Source of the DNA: an uncultured Spirochaetota bacterium
Lineage (GTDB): Bacteria > Spirochaetota > Spirochaetia > SZUA-6 > Fen-1364
DNA: 64,000 nucleotides
Direction: 5' to 3'
Assembly (NCBI GenBank): GCA_963734545.1
Contig: CAVTHO010000007.1
Coordinates: 1 to 64,000, forward strand
This document shows positions 50,292 through 60,672 of this stretch, one piece after another. A model generated the notes under the pieces. The model worked only from the letters and a program-made list of their open reading frames with translations, did no database searches and was not told where the DNA came from. The translations under genes and the position numbers were made by a program. Each line of letters starts with the position of its first letter. Position 1 is the stretch's first letter.

Positions 50292-50743
50292 TCGACGGTG
50301 TCCTGTTCAAGGAACTGACGACGCACGCGGATGATCGGGGTTTCTTCCGGGAAATCCTCCGACACACGGACGGGTTCTTCGCCGAAGGTTTTGGTCAGGC
50401 CAGCCAATCGCTCGTGTACCAGGGAGTCGTGAAGGCCTGGCACCTGCACAATGTGCAAAGCCAGTGGACCTGCGTGATCAGCGGGCTCCTGAAGGTCGCG
50501 CTGCACGATACCCGCCGCCAATCTCCCACCTTCCGCGAGACAATGGAGTTTCTCACCGGCGACAACCAGCCCCCGCTCGTCTACAAGTTCCCCCCGGGCG
50601 TCGCCCACGGCTACGTCTGCCTCAACGGGCCGGCACATGTTCTCTATTTCACGTCGGGTGTCTATGACCTGTCGGACGAGGTACGGCTCAGCCACGACGA
50701 CCCCTCCATTGGCTACGACTGGCTGAAAAAGGTCATCCGCTGA
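50288..50743 (+). CDS. dTDP-4-keto-sugar 3,5-epimerase family (RmlC-like cupin)
   Basis: DDRGFFRE, KAWHLH and PPGVAHG. Confidence 0.88.
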   Translation: MIDGVLFKELTTHADDRGFFREILRHTDGFFAEGFGQASQSLVYQGVVKAWHLHNVQSQWTCVISGLLKVALHDTRRQSPTFRETMEFLTGDNQPPLVYKFPPGVAHGYVCLNGPAHVLYFTSGVYDLSDEVRLSHDDPSIGYDWLKKVIR

Positions 50744-50769
50744 GGAAGGGCGGTGAGAAACGAATAGTC

Positions 50770-51760
50770 ATGACTGACCATCAGGGCCTCCGCGGCAGGA
50801 GAATTCTCATTACCGGCGGCGCCGGGTATCTCGCGACGACCATTGTTTCGGTGCTCAAGGACGTGAAATGCACCGTGGTGCGGCTGGACCGCGCGGAGGG
50901 AAAGTTCCCCGGCGTTGAGGGAGAGGCGGAAACAGTCGACATCACGGCCGACATTCGCGAGGGAAACACCTGGAACGATGTACTGCGAGGTGTCGACATC
51001 GTTCTCCACCTTGCCGCCCAGACAAGCGTGTACACGGCGAAAAATGACCCGATCCAGGATTGGGGGATCAACGTTCAACCCATGATCTCCCTGCTCGAGG
51101 CCTGCCGGGCACACGATCACCATCCCGTCGTCGTCTTCGCGGGAACAGCAACCGAATGGGGAATTCCGCAGAAATTACCGGTGGACGAGTCGGCCCCCGA
51201 TTCTCCGCTGACCGTGTACGATGTCCACAAGTGCCACGCGGAGTCTTACCTGCGCTACTATGCGCAGAAGGGCGTCGTGAGCGGGATCACCCTTCGCCTT
51301 GCCAACGTCTATGGTCCCGGCCCCAAGACCACGGGCAAGGAGAGAGGGGTGATCAACATGATGGTCGGCAGGGCCCTCCGGGGAGAGGCGCTGACGCTGT
51401 ATGAGGGCGGCCGCTTCATCCGGGACTACGTCTACGTGCGGGATGTGGCCGAGGCTTTCGTCCAGGCTGCCCTATCGAACCGCATCCACCGAGGGGAAAA
51501 ATACGTGATCGGCCGGGGAGAGGGGAACACCATCGGGGACGCGGCACGGTACATCGCCGAGGAAGCAATGAAACGAACGGGGAAAAGCGTCGCTCTCCAT
51601 TCCGTGCCGTCCCCTGCCGGCCTCGAGGAGATCGAGAAGCGGGATTTCGTCTCGGATCCCCGGGCTTTCTCCTCACTCACCGGTCTGGCATGCCGAGACC
51701 GGCCTGAGGGACGGAATCGTGAAGACGATCGAATACTACCTCGGTGACGATCCGTCATGA
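50770..51760 (+). CDS. NAD-dependent epimerase/4-ketoreductase (frameshift near 51685)
   Basis: TGGAGYLA, YDVHK and LRLANVYGPG. The alternate frame WHAETGLRDGIVKTIEYYL ends in an ATGA overlap at 51757-51760. Confidence 0.85.
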
Positions 51761-52752
51761 GCGTCTCGAGAATGAAAGGAACACACGTTCTCATCACGGG
51801 AGGGTGTGGCTTCATCGGCAGCAACCTCGCCAGGAGGTGCCGCGACGAAGGCGCCGTCGTGACCATCTGCGATGCAATGATACCGGATTCCGGTGCGAAT
51901 CTGCACAATATCGCCGACCTGCGGGGGGATGTGGAGATTCTCGCAACCGATATCCGTGACCGTGAAAGGATGAAAGAGGCTGTCAGCGCCAAGGATGTCA
52001 TCTTCCACTGCGCCGCCCATACCTCGCACATGCAGTCCATGATGAACCCCTTTCTCAATACCGATATCAATTGCAACGGCACTCTCAGCCTGCTGGAGGC
52101 GGTGAGACAGGCGGATGTTCGGGCAAAGGTGGTGCATGTGGGAACCAGCACGCAGGTCGGCCGGATGCTTCATTCGCCGGTTGACGAGACGCACGTGGAG
52201 TTCCCTCTTGATATGTATTCCGCCAACAAGACCGCGGCGGAGAAGTACGTGCACCTGTACGGACACGCGTACGGCATCAGGACCGCAGTCGTAAGGCTGC
52301 CGAATGTATACGGTCCACGCGCGTACATCAAGGGCCCGACGCTCGGCTTCATGAACTATTTCATCGGCCTTGCTCTCCAGGGCAGGGATATTCCGGTGTA
52401 CGGGGACGGAATGCAGAAAAGGAGCGTTCTGTTCGTCGATGACGCGGTTGCCGCGCTGATGGGGGCGGCTGCCGACGAGCAGAGCGATGGGGAGGTATTC
52501 TTCGCGGCTTCGGATCATCACGTGAGCGTGAAGGACGTCGCCCTTGCGATTTCCGAGAGCATTGGCGGAAAAGTCTGTACCGTTCCCTGGACGGCGGATC
52601 GAAAAGGGGTCGAGATTGGAGACGCGGTGATCAGCAATTCCAAGATATCCAGGATGCTGGGTTGGAAGCCCCTTACCGACCTCGAGACGGGATTGAAGAA
52701 GACGAGGGATTTCTACAGCAGCTGTCTGGACAAGTATCTGGACCTTCGATAG
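51757..52752 (+). CDS. NAD-dependent epimerase/dehydratase
   Basis: TGGCGFIGS, YSANK and RLPNVYGP. Confidence 0.9.
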   Translation: MSVSRMKGTHVLITGGCGFIGSNLARRCRDEGAVVTICDAMIPDSGANLHNIADLRGDVEILATDIRDRERMKEAVSAKDVIFHCAAHTSHMQSMMNPFLNTDINCNGTLSLLEAVRQADVRAKVVHVGTSTQVGRMLHSPVDETHVEFPLDMYSANKTAAEKYVHLYGHAYGIRTAVVRLPNVYGPRAYIKGPTLGFMNYFIGLALQGRDIPVYGDGMQKRSVLFVDDAVAALMGAAADEQSDGEVFFAASDHHVSVKDVALAISESIGGKVCTVPWTADRKGVEIGDAVISNSKISRMLGWKPLTDLETGLKKTRDFYSSCLDKYLDLR

Positions 52753-52798
52753 CGAAACAGGTCTCGTGGCAACGACACAGGCGAGCCGGAGGAATGGC

Positions 52799-53728
52799 AT
52801 GGGGAAGCTTCTCATTACCGGGGCATTGGGGCACATCGGATCGCGGTTGATACGCGGGATCGGAAAGGACCGTTTCGAAGAGGTGATCCTCCTGGACAAC
52901 CTCTCTACGCAGAGATACTGCTCCCTTTTCAATCTCCCGGAGGGGGTTCCCTTCCGGTTCGTGGAGGGCGATATCCTGGATGTGAACCTGAATGAGCTCC
53001 TCGCAGGCGTCACAATGGTGATCCACCTGGCGGCAATCACCAATGCAGCGGACAGCTTCGCAATGGGAGATGCGGTAGAGAGGGTCAACTTCGAGGGGAC
53101 AAAGAGGATCGCCGAGGCGTGCATGAAGCGCGGCATCAAGATGATCTTCTCTTCCACCACCAGCGTGTACGGCGTGCAGGAAGAGGTGGTAGACGAGGAC
53201 TGCTCCGAGGAAGGTCTCCAGCCGCAAAGCCCCTACGCCACCAGCAAGCTCAAGGCCGAGAAGCTCCTCCAGGAATACGGCCGGGTGGGCGGGCTCCGTT
53301 TTGTCCTCTGCCGCTTCGGCACCATCTTCGGCACGTCGATCGGGATGAGGTTCCACACGGCGGTGAACAAGTTCTGCTGGCAGGCGTGCATGGGGCAGCC
53401 CATCACCGTGTGGAAAACCGCCCTGAATCAGAGGCGGCCGTATCTCGACCTCACGGACTGCGTGCGGGCGATATGGTTCATCATCGATTCGGACAGGTTC
53501 GACGGGCAGATCTACAATGTTCTCACGACCAACACGACGGTTGGAGAAATCGTGGAGGCGATACGAAAACACGTCCCGGATCTCAAGGTCACGTATGTCG
53601 AATCCCAGATCATGAACCAGCTCTCCTACACGGTTCGCACGGATAAGTTCAAGGCCCTCGGCTTCACCTACGAAGGAGAACTCGCCCGGGGGATCGAGGA
53701 GACGATCAGGCTTCTGAAAGGCACCTGA
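52799..53728 (+). CDS. NAD-dependent epimerase/dehydratase
   Basis: TGALGHIGS, YATSK and RFGTIFG. Confidence 0.9.
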   Translation: MGKLLITGALGHIGSRLIRGIGKDRFEEVILLDNLSTQRYCSLFNLPEGVPFRFVEGDILDVNLNELLAGVTMVIHLAAITNAADSFAMGDAVERVNFEGTKRIAEACMKRGIKMIFSSTTSVYGVQEEVVDEDCSEEGLQPQSPYATSKLKAEKLLQEYGRVGGLRFVLCRFGTIFGTSIGMRFHTAVNKFCWQACMGQPITVWKTALNQRRPYLDLTDCVRAIWFIIDSDRFDGQIYNVLTTNTTVGEIVEAIRKHVPDLKVTYVESQIMNQLSYTVRTDKFKALGFTYEGELARGIEETIRLLKGT

Positions 53729-53739
53729 GGGGAGCGCCC

Positions 53740-54855
53740 ATGGAGGAGATGGAAATCTCTGTAATCGGGGCCGGTGTCGTGGGGCTCGCCATAGCCGAAA
53801 GGCTGTCGAGGAAGTTCCGAAGCGTCATCGTCCTGGAAAGGAACGGCGCCTTCGGCCGGGAGACCAGCAGCAGGAACAGCGAGGTCATCCACTGCGGCAT
53901 TTACTACCCGAAAAACTCGCTGAAGGCCCGGCTCTGCGTCACGGGGGCACCGCGTCTCTACGAGCTGTGCGCGCGGTTCGATATCGGCCACAAGAGGGTG
54001 GGGAAGCTGATCGTCGCCACGGAAGACAATGAGCGGGAAGGCCTTCGCGCCCTGTATGCTCATGGACTGGGCAACGAGGTCGAGGGGCTGCGGCTGATCG
54101 ACGGCCAGGAGGCGCGATCTCTCGAGCCGACCGTGTGTGCCCGGGCGGCGATCCATTCCGCGAACACGGGAATCGTCAACTCGCACGAGCTCATGAAGCT
54201 CCTTCATGGCACCGCGCAGAACGCAGGCGCCATGTTCGCGTTCGGACAGAAGGTGAACCTCATCGACCGGCGGCCGGACGGTTATGTGATCGGCGTTGAG
54301 GGCGACGACTTCAAATTCAAATCGCGCGTCGTGGTGAATGCCGCCGGGCTGTGGGCCGACACCGTCGCCGGCCTCGCCGGAATCGACATCGAACGTTTCA
54401 GGTATCGCCTGAAGTACTGCAAAGGCTCCTATTTCTCATACTCGCGTCGATCTCCGATCTCACGCCTTGTCTACCCGCTGCCGGAGGAGAGCTTGAGGGG
54501 CCTGGGGGTGCACGCAACCGTGGACCTGGCGGGAAGGCTGAAATTCGGGCCCGACACGGAGTATGTCGAGGGACTCGAGTATTCGGTGGACAAAGGCAAG
54601 AGAAAGAGATTCTTCGAGTCTGCGGCGAAGATTATCGCGGGCCTCGACGCAGAATCGTTTGCGCCGGACATGGCCGGGGTGAGACCGAAGCTCAGCGGTC
54701 CGGGAGAAAGCGAAAGAGACTTCGTGATTGAAGAGGAGAGCGCGAAGGGCCTGCCAGGATTCATAAATCTTGTGGGAATCGAGTCTCCCGGTCTGACGGC
54801 CTCGCTTGCCATCGCCGAGCTCGTGGCGGGGATGGCGGAGGACGTCCTTGGCTGA
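53740..54855 (+). CDS. FAD-dependent oxidoreductase, L-2-hydroxyglutarate oxidase (LhgO)-like
   Basis: IGAGVVG, TSSRNSEVIH.GIYY, LGVH.T and GIESPGLTAS. Confidence 0.88.
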   Translation: MEEMEISVIGAGVVGLAIAERLSRKFRSVIVLERNGAFGRETSSRNSEVIHCGIYYPKNSLKARLCVTGAPRLYELCARFDIGHKRVGKLIVATEDNEREGLRALYAHGLGNEVEGLRLIDGQEARSLEPTVCARAAIHSANTGIVNSHELMKLLHGTAQNAGAMFAFGQKVNLIDRRPDGYVIGVEGDDFKFKSRVVVNAAGLWADTVAGLAGIDIERFRYRLKYCKGSYFSYSRRSPISRLVYPLPEESLRGLGVHATVDLAGRLKFGPDTEYVEGLEYSVDKGKRKRFFESAAKIIAGLDAESFAPDMAGVRPKLSGPGESERDFVIEEESAKGLPGFINLVGIESPGLTASLAIAELVAGMAEDVLG

Positions 54856-55084
54856 ATAGCTCCCTGTCGAACGGCAGGCAATCGAGTTTTTGCTCGTCCC
54901 GTGGGCTTCAGCTCGGGGGAATTGTTCCATGGAACGGTTGTGCTCCAAAAAGGAACGGCGCATGGAACGGTACCGGGCCCTGACCGCGCCCACGGGCGGA
55001 GAATCTGGCAGCCGGTTCGCAGATCGGGGCAGTTTCAGGCCTGAAAGCCTCTCGTTTTATTTACTTTACCGTATATAGCGGCGA

Positions 55085-55100
55085 TGGCATGAAAAATGCA
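55085..55100 (+). promoter_or_regulatory. Sigma54 (-24/-12) promoter
   Basis: TGGCATGAAAAATGCA (GG-N10-GC), with an upstream AT tract and palindromic UAS candidates. Confidence 0.6.
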
Positions 55101-55173
55101 TAACATAACCGTGTTGTCCAACATGTCTTGAGATTTCAGGACTGTGATATCAGTCCCCTATGGGAGGCGTTCC

Positions 55174-56628
55174 ATGATCACGAACGGCACGAGGATCGAG
55201 AAGACGCTCGGACTCATGAATGAGGGCGAGCTGGGTTTGGCGAATGATCTCGTCAACGGGATCAGGAGCGGCGTCGCCATCGGGATGAAAGCGCTCCTCT
55301 CCCGCCTGCTCGCGCAGAGGGGAGGCGTGAGCAGCCTGGTGAAAGAGATTTTCCTCATCGCCACCAAGCTGAGCGCGTTCGATCTCCGGCTCGGACTTGC
55401 GAGCGACGAGATGAGTCGCACGTCGGCAGAGCTGGAGACCAGAAGCGGGTCGATCAGCGATTCCATGGGAGAGACGAACAGTGCCATAGCGGAGATCGCC
55501 GCGTCCAACAATGACCTGTCCACCGCCTTGAACGGCATTTCCCAGGAATCTCGCGTGGTAAGCGAGAACACGCGCAGAAGTCAGGACAGTCTCGAGGAAA
55601 TGAAGGCGCACAACGCCAAACTCCTTGGAGCGTCCGGCGCCATGCAGTCGGATCTCGCGAATCTGGTAACGCTCCTCGACGGGATCAAGGTGACCATAGA
55701 AGGGATCTTCGACATCTCAGACCAGACGAATATGCTCGCCCTCAACGCGTCGATCGAGGCTGCGCGCGCCGGCGAGGCGGGAAGGGGATTCGCCGTGGTG
55801 GCGGACGAGGTCAGGCGGCTTTCGGAATCCACGAGGACCCGGGTGAAGTCCATCAATGACACTCTTCAGCGGGTGCACGTCGCCTCCACCAAGAGCACCG
55901 AAAGCGCCGGGGAAACGGTGCGCGCGGTGAGCGCAATCAACAGCGTGATCGAGTCGGTCTCCCGGTCTTTCACCGAGAATTCGAGCGCGGTCACAAGGAT
56001 CGCCGATGATCTGGCCACCATATCTGCGCGCAATGAGGAGCTGAACGCCGCCCTGGAAGAGATGACCGCCACCCTCTCCACCATCTTCCAGGAGAGCAAG
56101 GGCTTGAGCGAGCTCGGCCACCACACCGCGGCAGCCGGCGGGTCCATCCGTGAAACCGCGGAGCAGATGAAGAAGATCGAGGCCGACTTCACCCAGCTTG
56201 CGCAGAATGCCGGGGCGCTCGTCGTCGACCCGATTTTCCGCTTGTCGAACGACGATCTCATCACGGCGGTCGATGCGGCGGTCTCGGCGCACACGAAATG
56301 GCTGGCGGACCTTCGATCCATTGTCGATACCCAGACATTGAAGCCGCTGCAGCTCGATGACCACAAGTGCGGGTTCGGGCATTTCTACCATTCTGTGCGG
56401 CCCACCTCGACCAGGGCGCGGGCTATCTGGGAAGCGGTGGGAGTACATCATCAGGCGCTTCATCGCAAAGGCGGGGAAGTCATTCAGAGTGTCATGCGGC
56501 ACAACAAGACGTCCGCGGAGAGCGGTTGCCATGAGGCGACTGTGTTGTCGAAAAAGATCATTGCGGCGCTTCAGGAGCTGAAGACGCTGGCGGAAGAGTT
56601 GAACCAGAGGAACGAGTGCATCCTCTGA
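55174..56628 (+). CDS. Soluble methyl-accepting chemotaxis protein with a C-terminal CZB domain
   Basis: [31 protein letters not shown], no TM segment, and H..W...[10 protein letters not shown]...HHQALH CZB ligands. Confidence 0.92.
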   Translation: MITNGTRIEKTLGLMNEGELGLANDLVNGIRSGVAIGMKALLSRLLAQRGGVSSLVKEIFLIATKLSAFDLRLGLASDEMSRTSAELETRSGSISDSMGETNSAIAEIAASNNDLSTALNGISQESRVVSENTRRSQDSLEEMKAHNAKLLGASGAMQSDLANLVTLLDGIKVTIEGIFDISDQTNMLALNASIEAARAGEAGRGFAVVADEVRRLSESTRTRVKSINDTLQRVHVASTKSTESAGETVRAVSAINSVIESVSRSFTENSSAVTRIADDLATISARNEELNAALEEMTATLSTIFQESKGLSELGHHTAAAGGSIRETAEQMKKIEADFTQLAQNAGALVVDPIFRLSNDDLITAVDAAVSAHTKWLADLRSIVDTQTLKPLQLDDHKCGFGHFYHSVRPTSTRARAIWEAVGVHHQALHRKGGEVIQSVMRHNKTSAESGCHEATVLSKKIIAALQELKTLAEELNQRNECIL

Positions 56629-56712
56629 GCCAGCCGCGGCGCCGGCCCGGACGGAGGCGGCAGCAATCCTTCGCGCGTCGATTCTCCAGGAAAGCAGTCC
56701 GCACGCTACCCG

Positions 56713-57750
56713 TCAGGGCGCGCCGTCTTCCTCTGCCGGCCGCGCGCGGCCCGTGGATTCTCTTACCGCAAGCTCCGGGGCAAAGACCACCCGGCGCGGC
56801 TCGAGGTCGCGCTTTTCAACGCCTTGAAGAAGGAGGTCGGCCGCGGCCTCCCCGACGGCCCGCATCTTCAGGTCCACCGAGGTAAGGCGGACCCGACCGG
56901 AAAGAGCCAGGATGGTATTGTCGTGTCCGACCACGGAAAGGCTCCCCGGGACGTCGATCCCGTTGCGCAGGGCGGCGTTCATGACCCCAACGGCCATGAG
57001 ATCGTTGCAGGCAAAGACTGCCTGGGGCACGCGCCGCCGGCCGATAAGCTCCATCATGGCCTCCTCGGCGAGCCCGAGCGCCTCCTCAGTGTTTCCCCGT
57101 TCGACGACGAGAAGGGAGTGAGGAGCGGGGACGACGCCCCGATCGACGAGATACTTTCTCCAGGCCTCCTCCTTGATGTCGTAGGAGTAGCCGATCTTCC
57201 CCCGAACAAAGGCGATGTCACGATGACCCTGGCTCCATAGATGGTCCATGACCTTGCGCATTCCCATGGTCTGATCGATGACGATCGAGTTGATGTCCAC
57301 GATCTCGGGATTTGAATGGACGAGCACGAGGGACATGCTCCGTCCAAGCCGCTGAAAAAAGCCGTTCTCCCAGTTCTCGAGGGAGCAGTCCACGACCACG
57401 GCGCCTTCCATGCCCCGCAGCGAATAGTTCTCCAGGTACCTTCTCTCCATTTCCCAGGACCCGGAGGTGGATCCGAGAAGAAGCGTGTAGCCTTGATCGC
57501 GAAGCTTTCCCTCGAATGCCTCGGCGATCTCCAGGTAATAGTTGTTGGTCATGCTCGTGATGAGAAGGCCCGCCGCCCTGAAGCCTTTGCGCATGAGGCC
57601 GCGGGCGTGGAAATTGGGGACGTAGCGAAAGCGGGCGATAGTCTTCTCGACCCGGTCCCTGTTTCCTGCCCGGACTGCTTTTCCGTTCAAGACTCGGGAC
57701 ACGGTGGAGATGGATACCCCTGCCGCCCGCGCGATGTCCTCAATCGTCAT
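56713..57750 (-). CDS. LacI family transcriptional regulator
   Basis: TIEDIARAAGVSISTVSRVLN, AVFACNDLMA and SVVGHDN. Confidence 0.94.
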   Translation of the reverse strand: MTIEDIARAAGVSISTVSRVLNGKAVRAGNRDRVEKTIARFRYVPNFHARGLMRKGFRAAGLLITSMTNNYYLEIAEAFEGKLRDQGYTLLLGSTSGSWEMERRYLENYSLRGMEGAVVVDCSLENWENGFFQRLGRSMSLVLVHSNPEIVDINSIVIDQTMGMRKVMDHLWSQGHRDIAFVRGKIGYSYDIKEEAWRKYLVDRGVVPAPHSLLVVERGNTEEALGLAEEAMMELIGRRRVPQAVFACNDLMAVGVMNAALRNGIDVPGSLSVVGHDNTILALSGRVRLTSVDLKMRAVGEAAADLLLQGVEKRDLEPRRVVFAPELAVRESTGRARPAEEDGAP

Positions 57751-57797
57751 GGCGCATATGTTCTCCCGCCTTGTTCCATATGTCAAGTTAGTGATTG

Positions 57798-57811
57798 CAC
57801 AAGCGCTTTCA
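57798..57811. promoter_or_regulatory. LacI-type operator
   Basis: CACAAGCGCTTTCA, near-identical to the sites at 63834 and 63956. Confidence 0.6.
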
Positions 57812-57885
57812 CTTATTAAATGTTTACATAATAATTAATTATAGCATAATGATTATTGCTATTAGAAATCTTTTGCACATTTTTA

Positions 57886-57914
57886 TTGACGGCACGTCAG
57901 AAGGCTGGTAAAGT
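57886..57914 (+). promoter_or_regulatory. Sigma70 promoter of the hydrolase gene
   Basis: TTGACG-17-TAAAGT. Confidence 0.55.
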
Positions 57915-57940
57915 AGCAGCTAAAATGGAGGGTTCAAAAA

Positions 57941-59305
57941 ATGCAGCAACGGATCCTCTCTCTCCTGCCGGTGGCAGTATGCGCCGCGCTTCTCTTCGGC
58001 CTGGGGGGATTGCCCCGGATTGCCGCCGCACCCGCTGACGCAGGAGGCCAGGCGCTGGTTCCCGGCGGTTTCGTCTACGGAGACAAGCTTCCCGACGCCC
58101 CTGAGCTGGCGGCCCGCGGCCCTTACGGCGTCGGAGTGCGCACCATGAAAGTGGTGAACCCGAATCAGCTCGACATCCTCAAATTCCAGGCCGGGAAGAA
58201 CGAGAATCCACGCTATGATCGTCCTCTCACACTCGAGATATGGTATCCGGCGATCATTCCATCAGGCAGGCAGGAAAGGGTCATCTACAACGACATGCTG
58301 GGCCTTTCCAATGATCCGAAACGCCCCAACGCGGCGTTCAGATTCCCCGGCCGCGCCCTGAGGGATGCGGCGCCATTCGGCAAAGACGGTCCTTACCCGC
58401 TCCTGATCGTCTCGCACGGCTATCCCGGTTCTCGCTTCATGATGAGCTACCTGACAGAGAACCTCGCGTCCAAGGGGTATGTGGTCGTGGCGATAGATCA
58501 CACGGAGTCCACATTCGGGAACGTGGGCGGCTTTGCCAGCACGCTCCTCAACCGCTCACTCGATCAGCTCTTCGTCATCGCACAGATGGCTCTGAAGGCA
58601 GAAGACGCCAAAAGCTTCCTGCACCGCCTCGTGGATGCGGACAACACCGCGATCATAGGCTATTCAATGGGAGGCTTCGGTGCGCTCAATGCGGCGGGCG
58701 CGGGCTACAACCCGGGCGGCGCCATCTATTCATGGGTTCCGGGAGGAAAGCTCGCTGCGCGTTCCGAGGGCAATCCCGAATATGTCGCCTCCATCGATGC
58801 GCGCATCAAGGCTGTCGTGTGTCTCGCTCCCTGGGGCCAGGGCTCGATGGGCGGAAATGCCCTCCAGACCTGGACCTCCTCCGCGCTGGCCAACATCAAG
58901 GTCCCTTCGCTGTTCATAGTCGGCAGCCAGGATGATGTCGCCCTCTACGATGCGCAGGGCTGGGGCGTCCGGCGCATCTTCGAGGAGACGGTCAATTCCG
59001 ACCGCTACATGCTGGTATACGAGAACGCATCGCACAACATTGCCCCCAATCCGCCGCCCGTGGATTCATGGAAGCTCTGGCCGGAGTACGAGCGCTACTC
59101 CGAGCCCGCGTGGAGCTCCCCCCGTATCAACAATATCAACCAGCACTTCATCACCGCGTTTTTGGATATGCACCTGAAGGGGAGGGACGACGCGAGCTAC
59201 CTCAATGTGACTCCCCAGTCCAACGACGGCGTCTGGGACACCAACTACTGGAAAGGCTTCGTGAACCGCACGGCGCGCGGCTTGGAGATGTACCACATGC
59301 CATGA
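57941..59305 (+). CDS. Secreted alpha/beta hydrolase (dienelactone/PAF-AH-like)
   Basis: Signal peptide, VSHGYPG, LASKGYVVVAIDH and GYSMGG nucleophile. Confidence 0.85.
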   Translation: MQQRILSLLPVAVCAALLFGLGGLPRIAAAPADAGGQALVPGGFVYGDKLPDAPELAARGPYGVGVRTMKVVNPNQLDILKFQAGKNENPRYDRPLTLEIWYPAIIPSGRQERVIYNDMLGLSNDPKRPNAAFRFPGRALRDAAPFGKDGPYPLLIVSHGYPGSRFMMSYLTENLASKGYVVVAIDHTESTFGNVGGFASTLLNRSLDQLFVIAQMALKAEDAKSFLHRLVDADNTAIIGYSMGGFGALNAAGAGYNPGGAIYSWVPGGKLAARSEGNPEYVASIDARIKAVVCLAPWGQGSMGGNALQTWTSSALANIKVPSLFIVGSQDDVALYDAQGWGVRRIFEETVNSDRYMLVYENASHNIAPNPPPVDSWKLWPEYERYSEPAWSSPRINNINQHFITAFLDMHLKGRDDASYLNVTPQSNDGVWDTNYWKGFVNRTARGLEMYHMP

Positions 59306-59346
59306 GAGCCCGGTCCGAGCAGCGCGCGCGGCCTGACGGAACCGAC

Positions 59347-60597
59347 CTACAGCTTCATCTCCACCACGCCATCCACGACCCGGCACTCGTGCACCGCGAA
59401 GCGGTCTGCAAGGGCAGGGTAGGCGCGGGGATACGCCGTCTGGACAGCCTTGCGAAGGGCCGCGACCGAGCCTGCTTTCACCAGCGCTCCGGAGGCGCCC
59501 TTGTCTCCGCCTCCCAGCATCCGTTCACCCAGCACGCCGGGCACCGTGCGCGCGATGTCGCACATGGCCTCCAGCTCAGGGCCGGAGATCTTGTACAGGT
59601 CACGGAGGCCCACACCGTCGGCGCGGAAGATCGCCCCGACATCCTCGATATCGCCTGCCCGCCACGCCTTGAGCATCCGGGAGAACCTGGCCTGGGCTTC
59701 GAAGATGTAGCTCAGCCGATCACAGAGATCAGGATGGGATGCGGAAAACCTGTCCTTGATTGCCCGGTAGAGCTTCCTGTCCCGCACATCGGCAAGGGCG
59801 CGGATTCCGAACTCGCTCGACGCCATTTCCACGAGCTTCTCGCACTCGGCCCGCCGGACACGGTACGTGGACTTCTCCAGTCCGGGCCGGACCGTCCCCG
59901 TGTCCAGGCTCACGATGCGGAAATCCGCTGCCTCCAGTCCAAGGGGGACATACCTGATCGATCGATGGGAAGGATCGTAATGCGTTCCCATACCGGCCTT
60001 TGCAAAGTAGATCATGATCTGGTCGAGCTGCCCGCAGGGGGACCCGATATAGTCGTTCTCCACGGCCTGGGCCAGGTCGATAATCCGCATCCGGTCCTTG
60101 CCGAGTGAAAGACCGTTTGCCTCCAGCACGGTGAGCATGAGGTTGAGCGTCAGCGAGGCGGACCGCGACATGCCCCCGCCGGGGATATTGCCGATGAGCA
60201 CCGCGTCGAAGCCTTTCGCCGGTGTCATGCCTTCGCGGCGGAGGATGGCGTCTACCCCGTAGGGAAACCGGGCCCAGGTGTCGGCGATCTCGGGGGAGCG
60301 CGGCCCCGGCGTGAGGCCGCTTTTAAAGCTCACCACCCCATCGCGCGGGAAGTTGCCGCTGAACAGGCGGATCCTGTCCGTCTGGTTCGGTTTCCAGCCC
60401 AGCCAGATGAATCGGTCGGTGCCGACGCCGAAGAGCTCGGTTCCATTGTAGTCGCCGTGCTCCACGCCGAGGCAGAACCGTGACGAGGTGCGCCGCAGTC
60501 TTCCGCCCGTGACATCGAGGCCGCTCTCCTCTGCCAGGCGGAGGATCTCCGATCTCGCCTGCGCATCGTTTTGAGGTGTGTGCATCGTGGTTGTCAT
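59347..60597 (-). CDS. Galactokinase-like GHMP sugar kinase
   Basis: EHGDYNG, IPGGGMSRSAS, G.PCGQLDQ and GERMLGGG. Confidence 0.8.
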   Translation of the reverse strand: MTTTMHTPQNDAQARSEILRLAEESGLDVTGGRLRRTSSRFCLGVEHGDYNGTELFGVGTDRFIWLGWKPNQTDRIRLFSGNFPRDGVVSFKSGLTPGPRSPEIADTWARFPYGVDAILRREGMTPAKGFDAVLIGNIPGGGMSRSASLTLNLMLTVLEANGLSLGKDRMRIIDLAQAVENDYIGSPCGQLDQIMIYFAKAGMGTHYDPSHRSIRYVPLGLEAADFRIVSLDTGTVRPGLEKSTYRVRRAECEKLVEMASSEFGIRALADVRDRKLYRAIKDRFSASHPDLCDRLSYIFEAQARFSRMLKAWRAGDIEDVGAIFRADGVGLRDLYKISGPELEAMCDIARTVPGVLGERMLGGGDKGASGALVKAGSVAALRKAVQTAYPRAYPALADRFAVHECRVVDGVVEMKL

Positions 60598-60672
60598 GCT
60601 GTGTGCGCAACAGGATAGTACGATCGAAGTTCAGGCGTCTACGGGACGGGGCACAGGCGCATGCGGCAGGGC

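Noticed and set aside
1511-51760. Programmed frameshifting or mass pseudogenisation (TrmH, HDOD, SDR, permeases, propeller 2, DegT, epimerase)
   Set aside because: The single-base indels are scattered in otherwise intact, unrelated genes with no shared slippery motif, which is typical of long-read consensus error.
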